Shown piece after piece: positions 28,727 through 42,663 of a stretch of 64,000 bases of DNA. The notes under the pieces are model-generated. The model saw only the letters and a list, made by a program, of their open reading frames with translations. It did not search any database and had not been told where the DNA came from. Made by a program: the position numbers and the translations under genes. Source of the stretch: Candidatus Aenigmatarchaeota archaeon (GTDB lineage: Archaea; Aenigmatarchaeota; Aenigmatarchaeia; QMZP01; QMZT01). Every line of letters starts with the position of its first letter. Position 1 is the first letter of the stretch. The DNA lies in assembly GCA_963726265.1 (NCBI GenBank), contig CAVSBQ010000002.1:256001-320000 (forward strand), in the 5' to 3' direction.

Positions 28727-29842
28727 ATGGGCCACCAGATTAGAGCACCGAAAGGCAATAACGCCGTCAACGGTGGCAACGACAGCAACGGCAAGGACAA
28801 GTATGAAGGCCGCGGCTTCTGCGCAGCGCTTTACAAGCAGGGCAGGACCAAGCGCATGGAATCCAGCAACGTCAAAGACTTCTTCCCCATGATTTCGAAG
28901 GCGACGGTTGCATGGATAGATTACGTCGTGAACGACTTTGAAGACGAAAGCCTGGAGGCCGCCACGTCGCTGGGCTTCAGCAAGCTTCTCGTCAAAAACA
29001 TGATAAAATGCACCGCCAGCGGCTACGAAGATTTCGTCAACGAGGTCGGCGTGTTCCTGCCGGCGATGCGCGTCGACGGCTTCGAGGTGAGCCTGGATCC
29101 GCTGCTCATATTCATAAAGAAAAACGTCATGGTCACCATACACTCCAAGGAGACCAAAAGATTCTTCCGAGTGAGGCGATACGCAGAAACGCTCCTGCGC
29201 AAGCTGCCGCGCAAAACCCTGCAGACGGACAAGATGACCCTCCTTCTCATGCGCATCATCGACGAGAACAACGCGCGCAACTTCGACCACCTGAGGGAAA
29301 TCGAGGAGCAGGGCGACAAGATGAGCGAGGACCTTTCGGACCCCAAAACGCCGAGGCAGATACTTGGCCCGAAGATTCACCAGATGAAGCACGCGCTCAT
29401 AGTCTACCTGGGCGGGCTGTGGTCGACCGTGGACACGCTGAACTCGCTGCGCTACGGCGACGCGGACCTGCTCACGGACAATACGAGGATACTGGACAGG
29501 CTCGGCGGCCTGGTCGGCGAGGTCCATTCCCAGATCGGCCTGGCGGAGCACCTCAGCGAGGTCCTGGCGAGCGGCCTGGAAGTCCTGCAGTCGATTTACA
29601 ATAACCAGCTCCAGATCCTGAACAACAGGCTCGCGCTGCTCGTTTCTTACCTGACCATCATCGGTACCGCGCTGCTCGTGCCGAACACCATAGCGACGGT
29701 CGCCGGCAACTCCATGTTCAATTTCACAAAAGACGACGTGGGCTGGTATCTCACGCTCATAGTCGTTTCGACCGTTGTCGCGACCGCATTTTCCTGGTGG
29801 GCGCTGAAGAAGGTGCACCTGCTGCCCAGCAAGCCCGAATGA
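28727..29842 (+). CDS. CorA-family divalent cation transporter
   Basis: Large soluble domain plus two C-terminal TM helices; the GMN signature is divergent (AGNS). Confidence 0.8.
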   Translation: MGHQIRAPKGNNAVNGGNDSNGKDKYEGRGFCAALYKQGRTKRMESSNVKDFFPMISKATVAWIDYVVNDFEDESLEAATSLGFSKLLVKNMIKCTASGYEDFVNEVGVFLPAMRVDGFEVSLDPLLIFIKKNVMVTIHSKETKRFFRVRRYAETLLRKLPRKTLQTDKMTLLLMRIIDENNARNFDHLREIEEQGDKMSEDLSDPKTPRQILGPKIHQMKHALIVYLGGLWSTVDTLNSLRYGDADLLTDNTRILDRLGGLVGEVHSQIGLAEHLSEVLASGLEVLQSIYNNQLQILNNRLALLVSYLTIIGTALLVPNTIATVAGNSMFNFTKDDVGWYLTLIVVSTVVATAFSWWALKKVHLLPSKPE

Positions 29843-29917
29843 GACGAACGACGAACATGGGAATGCAACCAATAAATACAACCCATGACAACATTAGGGT
29901 ATCGGATTATGGGTGTT

Positions 29918-30676
29918 ATGTTCTCTAAAATCTTCATCTCGTGGAAGAAGGATTACGGCGAGAAGGTCGCGCTCAAGGTTTTGTCCATACTCAGGCAATA
30001 CGCCATCCCATACGCTTTCGACGAACCGAAAGACTGTGACCTCGCGATACTCATAGGCGGCGACGGCACGCTGCTTAAGCACCAGTCATCGCTGGAGTGC
30101 CCCATCCTCGGCATAAACCCCGGCAAGTCTGTGGGGCATTACATGACCATGACCAACGGCGACTTCGAGCGGAAGCTGGGTAAGGTCATCGACGGAGAGG
30201 AAGGGAAGGATTTTTTCATCAGGGCATATCCGAGGCTGGAAGCGAGCATAAACAGGACGCCGGTCCCGTTCCTGGCGCTCAACGAGGTGCTGATATCGCC
30301 CATTTACGTAAGAAGAACGTTTGACTCCGAACTGACGACCGGGAGCAGGAAAACGAAGGAAAGGAACTCCGGCATACTGGTCTACACGCCGGACGGCTCT
30401 TACGCGTATGCCGGCTCTGCCGGAGCGAAATCGCTTAAGGCGGAAGCGAAATTCGGCGTGGCCGCCATCGCTCCTTACTGGGGCAGGCTGAAGAAAGGCG
30501 AAATCACGCTTAAAGACGGCTGTACGACCGTCAAATGCCTTACTGACGAAGGCGAGCTCTGCGTGGACGGTCAGGAGGAGCAGCTCTGCAGGCTAAAAGA
30601 GAACGACGTCGTGAGCGTGAAGAGAAGCAGGAAGCCTGCCAAGATAATCTGCTTCACCAAACATAAAAAGGCCTGA
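29918..30676 (+). CDS. nadK: NAD(+) kinase
   Basis: GGDGTLL, GIN, ALNE, TPDGSYAY, VDG. Confidence 0.88.
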   Translation: MFSKIFISWKKDYGEKVALKVLSILRQYAIPYAFDEPKDCDLAILIGGDGTLLKHQSSLECPILGINPGKSVGHYMTMTNGDFERKLGKVIDGEEGKDFFIRAYPRLEASINRTPVPFLALNEVLISPIYVRRTFDSELTTGSRKTKERNSGILVYTPDGSYAYAGSAGAKSLKAEAKFGVAAIAPYWGRLKKGEITLKDGCTTVKCLTDEGELCVDGQEEQLCRLKENDVVSVKRSRKPAKIICFTKHKKA

Positions 30677-30778
30677 TTCTGCGTTTTTTTACCCCAGAAC
30701 AGCGAATTTTACTATATTAATTAATAAAGGACCCGCCAAAAGGAGAAAGATTTATATAGGTGCAGCCAATTATGATGT

Positions 30779-31105
30779 ATGAACAAAGAAGCAATCGGTA
30801 GATACGCATTTATCGTTGGACTAGTGATTTCAGTGATTGCAGGGTTTGTCAGCATAGGTGCTACGGGACTCGCGGCACTGGTCGTTCTGGGGCTCATCGT
30901 TGGGTTCCTTAACGTGACTGGCGCAGAGGTGCAGAAGTTCCTTATGGGAACGATTGCGCTGATGCTTGTCGGCTCGGTGCTGGGCGTCGTGCTCAATGCG
31001 CTCCCATATGTGCCAGGGATACTTTCAGCATTCACATCATTCGTGGCAGGAGCAGCATTGCTAGTATCGCTCAAGGAAGTCTACACGATAACCAAAACCC
31101 AGTGA
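30779..31105 (+). CDS. Small multi-pass membrane protein
   Basis: Four hydrophobic segments, GLIVGFLNV. Confidence 0.7.
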   Translation: MNKEAIGRYAFIVGLVISVIAGFVSIGATGLAALVVLGLIVGFLNVTGAEVQKFLMGTIALMLVGSVLGVVLNALPYVPGILSAFTSFVAGAALLVSLKEVYTITKTQ

Positions 31106-31226
31106 TCTTAGAGACGAACAACGATAACAGTTTCCTTTTTCTTTTTATTTTACCGAAAACCGAAAGCTTTATATGTATTATGAATATATATTCATTATGA
31201 GAATAAATTTATCGGGAGGTGAAAAT

Positions 31227-31445
31227 ATGCCAAGAGGAGACGGAACAGGCCCTAACGGAAAGGGACCAGCAGGATGGGGCATGGGACCTTGCGGACGTGG
31301 TAATGGGAGAAGGTTTTGGGCGTGCAGACCTTTTAATGCAGACCCTGCCAGAGCGGACGACAAGGAATTCCTCAAAAAAGAGAAGGAAATACTCGAAAAA
31401 GAAATCGAGATGATAGACAAAAGGTTAAAAGAACTTGAAAAATAA
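31227..31445 (+). CDS. DUF5320-like protein
   Basis: MPRGDGTGP.G.GP...G.C plus C-terminal coiled coil; GGAGGTG RBS. Confidence 0.85.
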   Translation: MPRGDGTGPNGKGPAGWGMGPCGRGNGRRFWACRPFNADPARADDKEFLKKEKEILEKEIEMIDKRLKELEK

Positions 31446-31453
31446 GATAAAAT

Positions 31454-31792
31454 ATGCCACCGAGGCCTAGGATACAAAGAAGGGTTTTCTGTAATCCGGA
31501 ATTCACCTACTTCAAACCGGCAGGTGCAAGAATAGTGGAGCTGGAAGAAATCGTCCTGACCGTTGATGAGTTCGAAGCTATAAGACTGAGGGACCACGAG
31601 GGGCTGGAGCAGACGCAAGCGGCTGAAAAAATGGGCATCTCCCAGCCTACCTTCCAGCGGCTTTACGAGAGCGCCAGGAAGAAGATAGCCGACGCGATCG
31701 TGAACGGCAAGGCGATAAAAATAGAAGGCGGTTCTTATAAAATAACGAGAGGCAGAGGCTTCGGAAGAAGATTCCGCGGCAGAATGGATTAG
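31454..31792 (+). CDS. DUF134 DNA-binding protein
   Basis: FKP, DEFEAIRLRD.EGLEQ..AA..MGISQPT, ARKKIADA. Confidence 0.9.
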   Translation: MPPRPRIQRRVFCNPEFTYFKPAGARIVELEEIVLTVDEFEAIRLRDHEGLEQTQAAEKMGISQPTFQRLYESARKKIADAIVNGKAIKIEGGSYKITRGRGFGRRFRGRMD

Positions 31793-31816
31793 CAGCTATA
31801 CCTTATTTTCTGAAAA

Positions 31817-33232
31817 TCACCCGAACAGGAAGAACTCGATGGCGAGCACGCCGCAGGCGGCGAGGATGACCAGGGGTATGACCAGCAGGCCGAGCTCCGC
31901 GAAGCCGCGATACGTTATGGCCTGATCCTTGTCCTTCAGGATCTTCACCCACATTATGCCCGCGAGCGCGCCTATCAGCGTGATGTTCGCCCCGAGGTTG
32001 CTGCCGATTATGAGCGAGAATATCGACGCGAGCTTCGTGCTGGCGGGCATGACGAACTGGGAACTTTCCGTGATTTTCGTGAACAGCACGGTCATGGGCT
32101 GGTTGTTGACCAGGTTGGCGGCGAAGCTGGACAGGAAGCCCATGGACAGGACGGCAACGAAGATGTTGGAGGATATCGAAGAAAAGAAGGCCGCTGCGGC
32201 GTCAGTGACGCCGCTCACGACGAGCGCCTCGACCATTATGAACGAGCACGCGAGAAACGGGATGATTTTCCAGGGCATGCGCTCGGCTATCATGTGGAGG
32301 CGGAATTCATACACCTTGGTCGCACGGCGGCGGAAGTATCTCTGGAAGATGTTGTAGTATTTCAGGTGCTCCTTGTAGTATTCCTCGAACGCCATTGCGG
32401 AATCGTAGACGAAGAGCGCCAGCGCAAAGAGCAGCGAGACCTGCCACATCTCGAGGCCCAGTAATGGCGAAAGGAACAGCGTTACCAGCGTGAGGCAGAA
32501 GGTCGCGAATGTCACGGCGGCGCAGTTCCTGTCCTTGAGGAAGTCGTCCGGGTTTACGTCCTTCGGGACCCTGAAAGTGATGCTGACGTTGTTCCTGAAT
32601 ACGGAATAAAGGAGCGCCAGGCACGTCAGGCCCGCGGCGAGCGTGGGCAGGACCATCCAGAAGGAATATTCGATGATGTTTATGCCGCTGGCCGAAGCCG
32701 CGATGATGTTCGTCGGGTTGCCCACGTAAAGGAACATGCTCCAGATGTTGGCGGCGAAGAACTCGGCTATCAGATAGGGGAGGACCCTGATCTTCGCGTG
32801 CCTGCCGAAGTAGAAGATGATGGGCGTGAGCGTGAGGATGACGATGTCGTTCGAGGTGAACAGCGTGATGAAGCCGCTGAGGAAGTAGAAGTAGAAGAAC
32901 AGCTTGCGCCCGTCGCCGCCCGAGCGCATGATGAGCTTCAGGGCGACGTATTCGAAGAAGCCCGTGCTGTCCAGCGATATCGCGATGTACGCGACGGACA
33001 TGAAGAGGATGATTATGGTGTAGGGGCTGAAGCCCTCCCTTCCGACCAGGGAGGCGAATGCCTGGCCAGGGCTCAGGACTCCGGAAAGCAGGATTATGAG
33101 CACGCCGAGCACGCTGCCGAAGGCGTAATCGAGCTTTAGCCCGCGGCCGATGTATGGGAGCTTTACCGTCGTCGGCCTGATTATGAAGAATATCGCCACG
33201 AGGAAGGCGAGCAGGATGAAGATTATCCCCAT
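31817..33232 (-). CDS. ArsB/NhaD-family ion transporter
   Basis: TSNDIVILTLTP, GNPTN, NNQP, GSNLGAN...GALAG. Confidence 0.85.
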   Translation of the reverse strand: MGIIFILLAFLVAIFFIIRPTTVKLPYIGRGLKLDYAFGSVLGVLIILLSGVLSPGQAFASLVGREGFSPYTIIILFMSVAYIAISLDSTGFFEYVALKLIMRSGGDGRKLFFYFYFLSGFITLFTSNDIVILTLTPIIFYFGRHAKIRVLPYLIAEFFAANIWSMFLYVGNPTNIIAASASGINIIEYSFWMVLPTLAAGLTCLALLYSVFRNNVSITFRVPKDVNPDDFLKDRNCAAVTFATFCLTLVTLFLSPLLGLEMWQVSLLFALALFVYDSAMAFEEYYKEHLKYYNIFQRYFRRRATKVYEFRLHMIAERMPWKIIPFLACSFIMVEALVVSGVTDAAAAFFSSISSNIFVAVLSMGFLSSFAANLVNNQPMTVLFTKITESSQFVMPASTKLASIFSLIIGSNLGANITLIGALAGIMWVKILKDKDQAITYRGFAELGLLVIPLVILAACGVLAIEFFLFG

Positions 33233-33351
33233 ATTATCTATTGGGCCGGTGGACTGATAAAAATTAAGGCCTGGGAACCCGGGGAAGGAAAACTTTAAAA
33301 GGCACGGTTCGATAATTTTCTCAAACAAAATGCAGTCATAGGTAGAAATAG

Positions 33352-34881
<1,530 letters not shown>

Positions 34882-34885
34882 TAAT

Positions 34886-35704
34886 ATGACATCGCCAAAA
34901 GAGACAGGCCTCGACGGTAAGATTCTGAACATGCTTTCGGGCAGGCCGCTGAACGTCGCGAAGCTCATGCTGAAGGACGGCGAGATAGACCACCTGCAGG
35001 ATTACGCGAACACGGTCTCCATCAAGCGCCTGGGCTACAACGACCACGGCCCGGTCCACATGAGGAAGGTCGTCATTAACGCCCTCGTGATGATGGACCT
35101 GCTCAACAAGGCGGGAGTCAGGTTCAACCTCGAGGACGAAGGCGCAGGCTCGTTCGAGGACAGCAAGATCGCCGTGATGCTGGCGTCCTTCCTGCACGAC
35201 ATAGGCATGAGCGTCGGCCGCGAAAGGCATGAGAACGCCGCGGCCATGCTGGCGCTCCCCATCCTGGACCGCATCCTCGGCCATGCATACAGGGACGATC
35301 TCCAGCGCAGGGTCATCGTGCGCTCCATGGTCATAGAAGGGATACTCGGCCACATGGGCAGCCAGAAGATCGAATCGCTGGAAGCCGGCATAATCCTGAT
35401 AGCGGACGGCTGCGACATGGAGAAAGGACGCGCTCGAATACCGATGATAATCAAGGAGTCGGTAAAGGAATCGGCCGTAGGCAAGATGGGCGACATCCAC
35501 AAGTATTCCTCGTCCTCGATACAGAAGGTCACGATAGAGAAAGGCCAGGAACGGCCGATAAAAATCACGGTCGAGATGGATTCTCCCGTGGGGTTCTTCC
35601 AGGTCGAGGAAGTCCTGCTGAAGAAAATCAACTCGAGCCCGGTCAAGCCGCACATCGAGCTTTACGCCGGCGTCGCGGGCCAGAAGATGAAGTGCTACCT
35701 GTAG
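34886..35704 (+). CDS. HD-domain phosphohydrolase
   Basis: RLGYNDHGPVH, LHDIG, ADGCDM..GRAR. Confidence 0.85.
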   Translation: MTSPKETGLDGKILNMLSGRPLNVAKLMLKDGEIDHLQDYANTVSIKRLGYNDHGPVHMRKVVINALVMMDLLNKAGVRFNLEDEGAGSFEDSKIAVMLASFLHDIGMSVGRERHENAAAMLALPILDRILGHAYRDDLQRRVIVRSMVIEGILGHMGSQKIESLEAGIILIADGCDMEKGRARIPMIIKESVKESAVGKMGDIHKYSSSSIQKVTIEKGQERPIKITVEMDSPVGFFQVEEVLLKKINSSPVKPHIELYAGVAGQKMKCYL

Positions 35705-35757
35705 TGCCACGCAAAGAAAAGGTTATTAAATTTAACGGCAAAATATAGTTGTTCTCC

Positions 35758-37061
<1,304 letters not shown>

Positions 37062-38958
37062 TTATCTTTTCTGCTTGATTTTGCCGAGCTCTACGTTTAG
37101 CTCGCCCATCACGATGGCGGGGTTTATCTTCCCTCTCACTTTCTGCATGACCAGGCCCAGGAGGATTTTTTCGCCGCGCTCGTCGCCGATGAGCTCCTTG
37201 TTTTCATCGAGCGTATTATGGATTATTATCCTGAGGTCTTCGATGCTCAGCGGGCGGATTTTCGTCTTCCTGATGGCGTTGTCTATGTGTATGTCTGGGT
37301 GCGCAGCGAGCTCTTTCAGCACGCCGGGAATCGCTTCCTTCGTGAGCCTGCCTTCCTTCAGCTTTTCGAACAGCGCGATGAAGTGGCTTTCCTGAAGTTT
37401 TTCCACATCTATGCCTTCTTTCCTTTTCAGGTAGGGCAGCGTGGATACCAGCGTGGTCGCGATGACCTTCGGGTCCGCGCCAGTCCTGACAAGCGCGTCG
37501 AAAAGCTGCTTCTTCCCAGCCTTGACCACCTGCTTAGTTATCTCCTTGCTTATGCGGAATTTGCGGACAAGCTCCTTGGCGTGGCGCTCCTCCTTCTCTT
37601 CCAGGAGTTCGGGAAGGCTCTTCCTGATTTCCGCGAGTTTGTGGTGCGTGATTCTTATCGGCGGGACGTCGGTCTCCGGGTAAAGCCTTGCCGCCCCGGG
37701 CAGCGGGCGCATGAATTCGGTGTCGCCGTTCTCCAGCGCCTTTCTCACTTCCTGCGGCACGCCGTCGACAAGCTGGTTTATGCGCCCTGCGACTATGCCC
37801 ATCACTTTCTCGACGGCGTCCTTTTCGCCGACCGCGATTATGAGCGTGTCGCCTGCGCCCGCTTTCATCTCGTGCTTCAGCTTCTCGAAGTCCTTCGTCG
37901 AGCCTGTATTTTTCCAGGTCCTCGTCGCTGTGTATTATGCCTTTCAGCTCGGATTTCGCCCTGACGTAATTCGCTATCTCATTCCCCAGCGTTCGCGTCG
38001 GCGTGAGCTGCCTTTTGAGGAAGCCCGCGAAACCCGGGATAAGGATTGCATACGTCGCCTTGTCCCTGGTTATCTTCGATTCCGAGCCTTTGAAAATATG
38101 CGAAACATGAACGACTTTCGGTTTCACGTGTTTGAAGCCGCTTTTGTGCAGCTCGTCCTTTATCGCGAGCAGGTTCGCCTGACGCAGCATCTCGTTCCCG
38201 ACGAGCTTCGGAATCATCTTCAGCTCCTGCGCGCCCTTTATCTCGACGCGTCGCGCCTCCGCGATGGAAACGTTGATGTCCTGGCGAATCGTTCCCAGGC
38301 CGCGCTTGACCCTTTCCGTAGAGCGGACAATCATGCCAAGTTTCTCCGCGACCTCGCGCGCCTGCTCTGGCGAGCGGATGTCGGGCGACGTGCCTATCTC
38401 GACGAGCGGGATGCCGAGCCTGTCGAGCCCGTAGAACACGCGGTTCCCCTCTCTCCCCATTATCTGGCAGCTCTCCTCCTCAAGGCAGATGTTCGCTATG
38501 CCGACCTCGCCGAACGACGTCTTCATCTTCCCGTCCAGCCCTGCCACAGCGGTTCTCTGGAAGCCCGAGGTGTTCGAGCCATCCAAAACAGTCTTCCTCA
38601 TCACGTGGATTTCTTCAGGCACCTCGCATTTGAGCATCCCGGCTACGGTCAGGACAATATCAAGCGCCTCCGCATTCATCGCATGCGGGGGCTCCTCATC
38701 CAGCTCAATAAGGCAGGTTTCTTCAGGATAGACCCTGTAGACGAACTCCGTTCCTTTGGCCACTTCGCCGAGCGCGGCCACATCGATTTCGCCGGTCTCG
38801 CCCGCGACCACGCGCAGCCTGCGCACGACCTCAGCCTGCGGCTTCGCTTCCGAAAAGCGAGCCCTGCAGCCGCAGAAGAGCTTGCGCTCCGTGTCGAGCT
38901 GCTGGTGGATTTCGATGCCGCATTTCAGCCTTAACTTTGAATAGTCGATTTCACTCAT
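37062..38958 (-). CDS. gatE: Glu-tRNA(Gln) amidotransferase subunit E (frameshift near 37898)
   Basis: GIEIHQQL, DEEPPH, DGSNTSGFQRT, RPLPGAARLYPETD. Confidence 0.94.
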
Positions 38959-39540
38959 TCAATCATTCTCCAAAAGCTTTATTGTATGATTCAGCAGAGT
39001 TTTGTATGTCTGGACCTTATTCCTGATAGTTTTTTTGATTTCAGGAAAGAAAATCTTTTTCTCCATGTCCCTGTCAATTTTTTCAGAAATCCATTCAAAA
39101 GTTTCCTTTAGCCCAATATCGTTTCTCTTTGCAATCCAAGGTAAAATGAGAAACCTATCTATATGCCCCAGAGCGTCGGCTGTGGCGAGTATCTTCGCTT
39201 CCAGACTCTTAGGGAGATACCCGTCTCTGCACCGATGTGAAATTATCGCATTGGAAACCTTTTTTATCATGTCTTCCGGATAACCCATCTTTCTCATTAT
39301 CCTTTCAGCTTCCATCGCCCCCGTAATATGGTGGTCCTCGTTTCCGTGGCTCTCTATTGTGTTGTCATGAAGCCAAGCAGCTATTTCGACGACCTCTTTG
39401 TTCGCCCCGAATTTCCTGGCCATATCAAGCGAATATTTCACAACGGGTTTTACATGAAACCTGAAAAAAAGTTTCGAAAGCTCATCATATTTTTTTGAAT
39501 TCTCCAGAGCAATTTTCTTGATTTCTTCGATTCTATTCAT
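38959..39540 (-). CDS. HD-domain protein
   Basis: FHV, AAWLHD, HHITGA, ISH, ATADA; AT-richer than gatDE. Confidence 0.85.
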   Translation of the reverse strand: MNRIEEIKKIALENSKKYDELSKLFFRFHVKPVVKYSLDMARKFGANKEVVEIAAWLHDNTIESHGNEDHHITGAMEAERIMRKMGYPEDMIKKVSNAIISHRCRDGYLPKSLEAKILATADALGHIDRFLILPWIAKRNDIGLKETFEWISEKIDRDMEKKIFFPEIKKTIRNKVQTYKTLLNHTIKLLEND

Positions 39541-39561
39541 TCAATCCCTCTGCAGATATTC

Positions 39562-40119
39562 TTAGCGGACATCCTTGATGCTCCTCAGGACTTTGAGATA
39601 AATCTTTTCAAGCTTCATCTCCTTTACTTTCTTTTCAAGGTATTTTTTGTCCAGCCCCTTTCCCTGCTTAAGCAATACGTATTTCGCATCAGTCAGATCT
39701 TTTTCGCTTCTGAATAGCAGTTTGAATACCACCACATCTTCTGGTGAATTTATCCAGACTTTTTGCCCGTAAAAATTCACTTTCCTTCTTCTTCTGAACG
39801 TTTCCCTGCCGAGTTCCGTGTAAACGCCCTTGACATCAAGCCTGTACGGAGACTTGTCATCAAAAACCGTGAAATGACTTTTCTCGTCGAGCGCGAGTTT
39901 CACGCCGTCCTCGTCAACGGAAAAGTGGTTTTTCTTGAGGAAACCGGCGAATTCGCCGATTCTGCCACCAAGTTGTATGACGATGTCGATGTCGGCGCTA
40001 GTCCTCGGCATCCCATAGTAAGCGACGCTTACGGCTCCGACCAGCATGTACGGGATTTTTTTCTCGTTCAGAAACCTCGTGACAATCCTTATGATTTCAT
40101 CGTATCCTCTCATGTGCAT
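39562..40119 (-). CDS. Nucleotidyltransferase, MenT/AbiEii-like putative toxin
   Basis: YMLVGAVSV..YG.PRTSADID...KL...SEKDLTD. Confidence 0.75.
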   Translation of the reverse strand: MHMRGYDEIIRIVTRFLNEKKIPYMLVGAVSVAYYGMPRTSADIDIVIQLGGRIGEFAGFLKKNHFSVDEDGVKLALDEKSHFTVFDDKSPYRLDVKGVYTELGRETFRRRRKVNFYGQKVWINSPEDVVVFKLLFRSEKDLTDAKYVLLKQGKGLDKKYLEKKVKEMKLEKIYLKVLRSIKDVR

Positions 40120-40315
40120 CCCCGTTTCTGTAAATCTTTTTCAGTTCAATGACCAGCTCTTTCTCGCTGATTTTTGGTTTTTTTGCTCTGATGGAACCTA
40201 TGCAAATATTCATCACGGCCCTGTTCATGTCAGCCATCGCCTCAAGCGACCTGCTGCCGTGCAGCTTTCTCATCTGCCTGACTTCGGGCATCAGTTCCCT
40301 TTTTTCATGGCTCAT
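40097..40315 (-). CDS. 72-aa putative antitoxin (MenA1-like)
   Basis: MSHEKRELMPEV...LEAMADM...SIRAKKPKISEKEL; ATGA overlap with the gatD stop; overlaps the NTase start. Confidence 0.55.
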   Translation of the reverse strand: MSHEKRELMPEVRQMRKLHGSRSLEAMADMNRAVMNICIGSIRAKKPKISEKELVIELKKIYRNGDAHERIR

Positions 40316-41698
40316 TGCCCTGCCTCGCTTAGTTTTTTTGCAGAAAAAGCATCCGTTTCCGTGCGGGTCGTTATCTCGCCCGCATAGCTCGTGCGCATCA
40401 TCTCCCTGATTTTTTCCATGCTTTTCGTCTTGCCGAGCACCCACATGAGCTTTATGTATGCAGTTTCGGTGAGCATGTCCTCGCCGGGTATCGCTCCGGA
40501 TTCTATGAAAAGCTTGCGCAGGTTCGTGTAGACGTAAGGATTGACCCTGCCGTAAATCGTCTGTGACGTGACGACAAACGGAATCGCTTCCGAATGCTTT
40601 TTGATTATGGTCGTCCACGGCTTGCTCGAGACCTCGGTAGGCACGTGGCCCATGCCCGTCCCCTCGATGACGAAGCCCTTCGCGCCGTTCTTTACGTGAT
40701 GCTCGATGACATTCGGGTGCGAGCCCGGATAGGCCCTGAGGATTGCGACGTTCGGCTCGATTTTCGCGTCGACCTCCACTCGTTTTTTATCGTCCCTTTT
40801 CCTGTGATTCGCGTTCGTTATTTCCATTCTTCCGCTGGGAAATATCTTCGCCAGCGCGGCCTCGTTTATGGGCTGGAAGGCGTCGCGCCTGGTCGTGTGC
40901 ATTTTCCTGACCTTCGTCCCGCGGATGAAATGGCAGTAGTCGTCGTTCGTGCTGCCATGCATGCACACCCCGACCTCGGCGATGTCCGAGATCGCTATGC
41001 GCGAAGCGCATATGAGGTTCATGCCAGCGTCGGAAGAGCCGCGGTCGCTGGAGCGCTGCGCGCCGACCAGAACGACTGGCTTGTAAAGGTTGCGCAGGAA
41101 AAAGGACAACGCCGCGGAAGTGTAGTGCAGCGTGTCCGTGCCGTGCGTGATTATAACGCCTTTCTTGCCAACGTTCAGCTCCTTCGCGACGTGCCTCGCT
41201 ATTTTTGCCCAGTCCATCGGGCTCCATGTCCTCGCTCATCTTGTTGAGCGGGCTGGACATCTCAAGGTTGACTATGTGAGAAAGCTCGGGGATGTTGTGC
41301 AGAAGTTCTTTGGGATTCTCGACTGCGTAGACGCCGCCTGTCCTGTAATCCACGCGGGAAGCGATGGTGCCGCCCGTCGAGATGAGCGCGACTTTCGGCT
41401 TGTTCGCGTCGAACCTGACCTCGAGCAGGCTTTTGTTCGTCCTGCCGAACTCGTATTTCGCTTCCTCACCGACTTCCCTGGGCTCGCGCTCATGAGACTT
41501 CGCAATCTTCAGGCCGGCCATGTCAAAGCCGACGTTGTAGCCGCTGTCGAGCTTGATGATAACCGTCTTCTCGTCCCCGTGCAATGGCTTCGGCATGAGC
41601 AGGCCGGCGTATTTCTTCCCATCTTTCTCGACAAGGACCCTGTCGCCGACGGCTATTTTCTTGTCGTCAAGAATCCGCTGTATTTCGTGAGAATACAT
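40312..41698 (-). CDS. gatD: Glu-tRNA(Gln) amidotransferase subunit D (frameshift near 41220)
   Basis: KLDSGYNVG, STGGTIASRVDYRTG, HGTDT, GAQRSSDRGSSD. Confidence 0.94.
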
Positions 41699-41723
41699 AA
41701 TTAGAATATGCCGCAAGTTTATA

Positions 41724-42617
41724 TTAAACTTGCATTCTGGTGATATAATCTTTAAGTTTATTATAAAAATCTGTGTGCAACGGAATACCGCTTTCGGCCG
41801 CAACCATCGCATTAAACGTGGCCTCTTCATATCTTTTCATGACGCCTAAAGGTAAGGAATGGCCATACCAGGCCAGAAGGTTTTTCTTGTTAAGTGATAT
41901 CGCTTTCCTAAAAAGCCTTTCCGCAACTTCGTAATTCCTGTGCGCGTAATAACAGGAACCAATGTTGTAATAGATTTCAGAAAAGGCCTCTTCCCTGCTC
42001 ATGCCGCTCATGAAAAAGCCGTAATCAAGTTCTGTTCTTGAATTGTATTTTTCCCAGACAGCGTCATCCATGAATTCGCTCCAGTTGGGATGGAAACTCT
42101 TACGGGTTCCATCGCTTCCGTTCCATATCAGATAGCAGTGATATTTGTCAGGAGACCATGTCCTGGTCTTGGCCAGCGATATGGGAAAATCCATTTTCTC
42201 CCTCAGTTTTTCCCCGACGTCAAGGTGTATGAAACAGGAAACATCACAGTCCAGCATTTTGCTGTCCAGTGCCTCACCCAGTAACATGACATTTTTACCG
42301 GTATTGAATTTGGGTTTTTGGTTCATAATTTCGTTAATTATCAACATGTTTTCAGGGCCTTTCTCCGGCCTGCATCTTTCCATCGCCGTTTCTGCGATGT
42401 CCGAAAGGATTTCGCGCGCATTGCTCAGGCTGAAATTGTAGCCGATGCCACTTGAATAACGGTGCTCGACGGTTACAGCGGCGTCCCCGAAGGTTTTCCT
42501 TTCCAAAATCCCGATCTCTGGATCCTTCTTATCAGATGCGACGCTGCCGAAAACAGCTAGGCCTGCGCCTGCTATTGTCACATCCTTCAGGAATTCCCTT
42601 CGTCTGATGACTGCCAT
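41724..42617 (-). CDS. Tat-signal protein with C-terminal TPR and possible transglutaminase-like core
   Basis: IRRREFLK plus hydrophobic stretch; LDC...YHCY; YYNIG...A...F.KAISL TPR pattern. Confidence 0.65.
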   Translation of the reverse strand: MAVIRRREFLKDVTIAGAGLAVFGSVASDKKDPEIGILERKTFGDAAVTVEHRYSSGIGYNFSLSNAREILSDIAETAMERCRPEKGPENMLIINEIMNQKPKFNTGKNVMLLGEALDSKMLDCDVSCFIHLDVGEKLREKMDFPISLAKTRTWSPDKYHCYLIWNGSDGTRKSFHPNWSEFMDDAVWEKYNSRTELDYGFFMSGMSREEAFSEIYYNIGSCYYAHRNYEVAERLFRKAISLNKKNLLAWYGHSLPLGVMKRYEEATFNAMVAAESGIPLHTDFYNKLKDYITRMQV

Positions 42618-42663
42618 GCTTTAGACTTTGTCCAAAAATTTTAAAAACAGATGCGGAAGGGCT

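Noticed and set aside
31227..31792. DUF5320-DUF134 pair as a novel system
   Set aside because: A common pairing; nothing unusual here.
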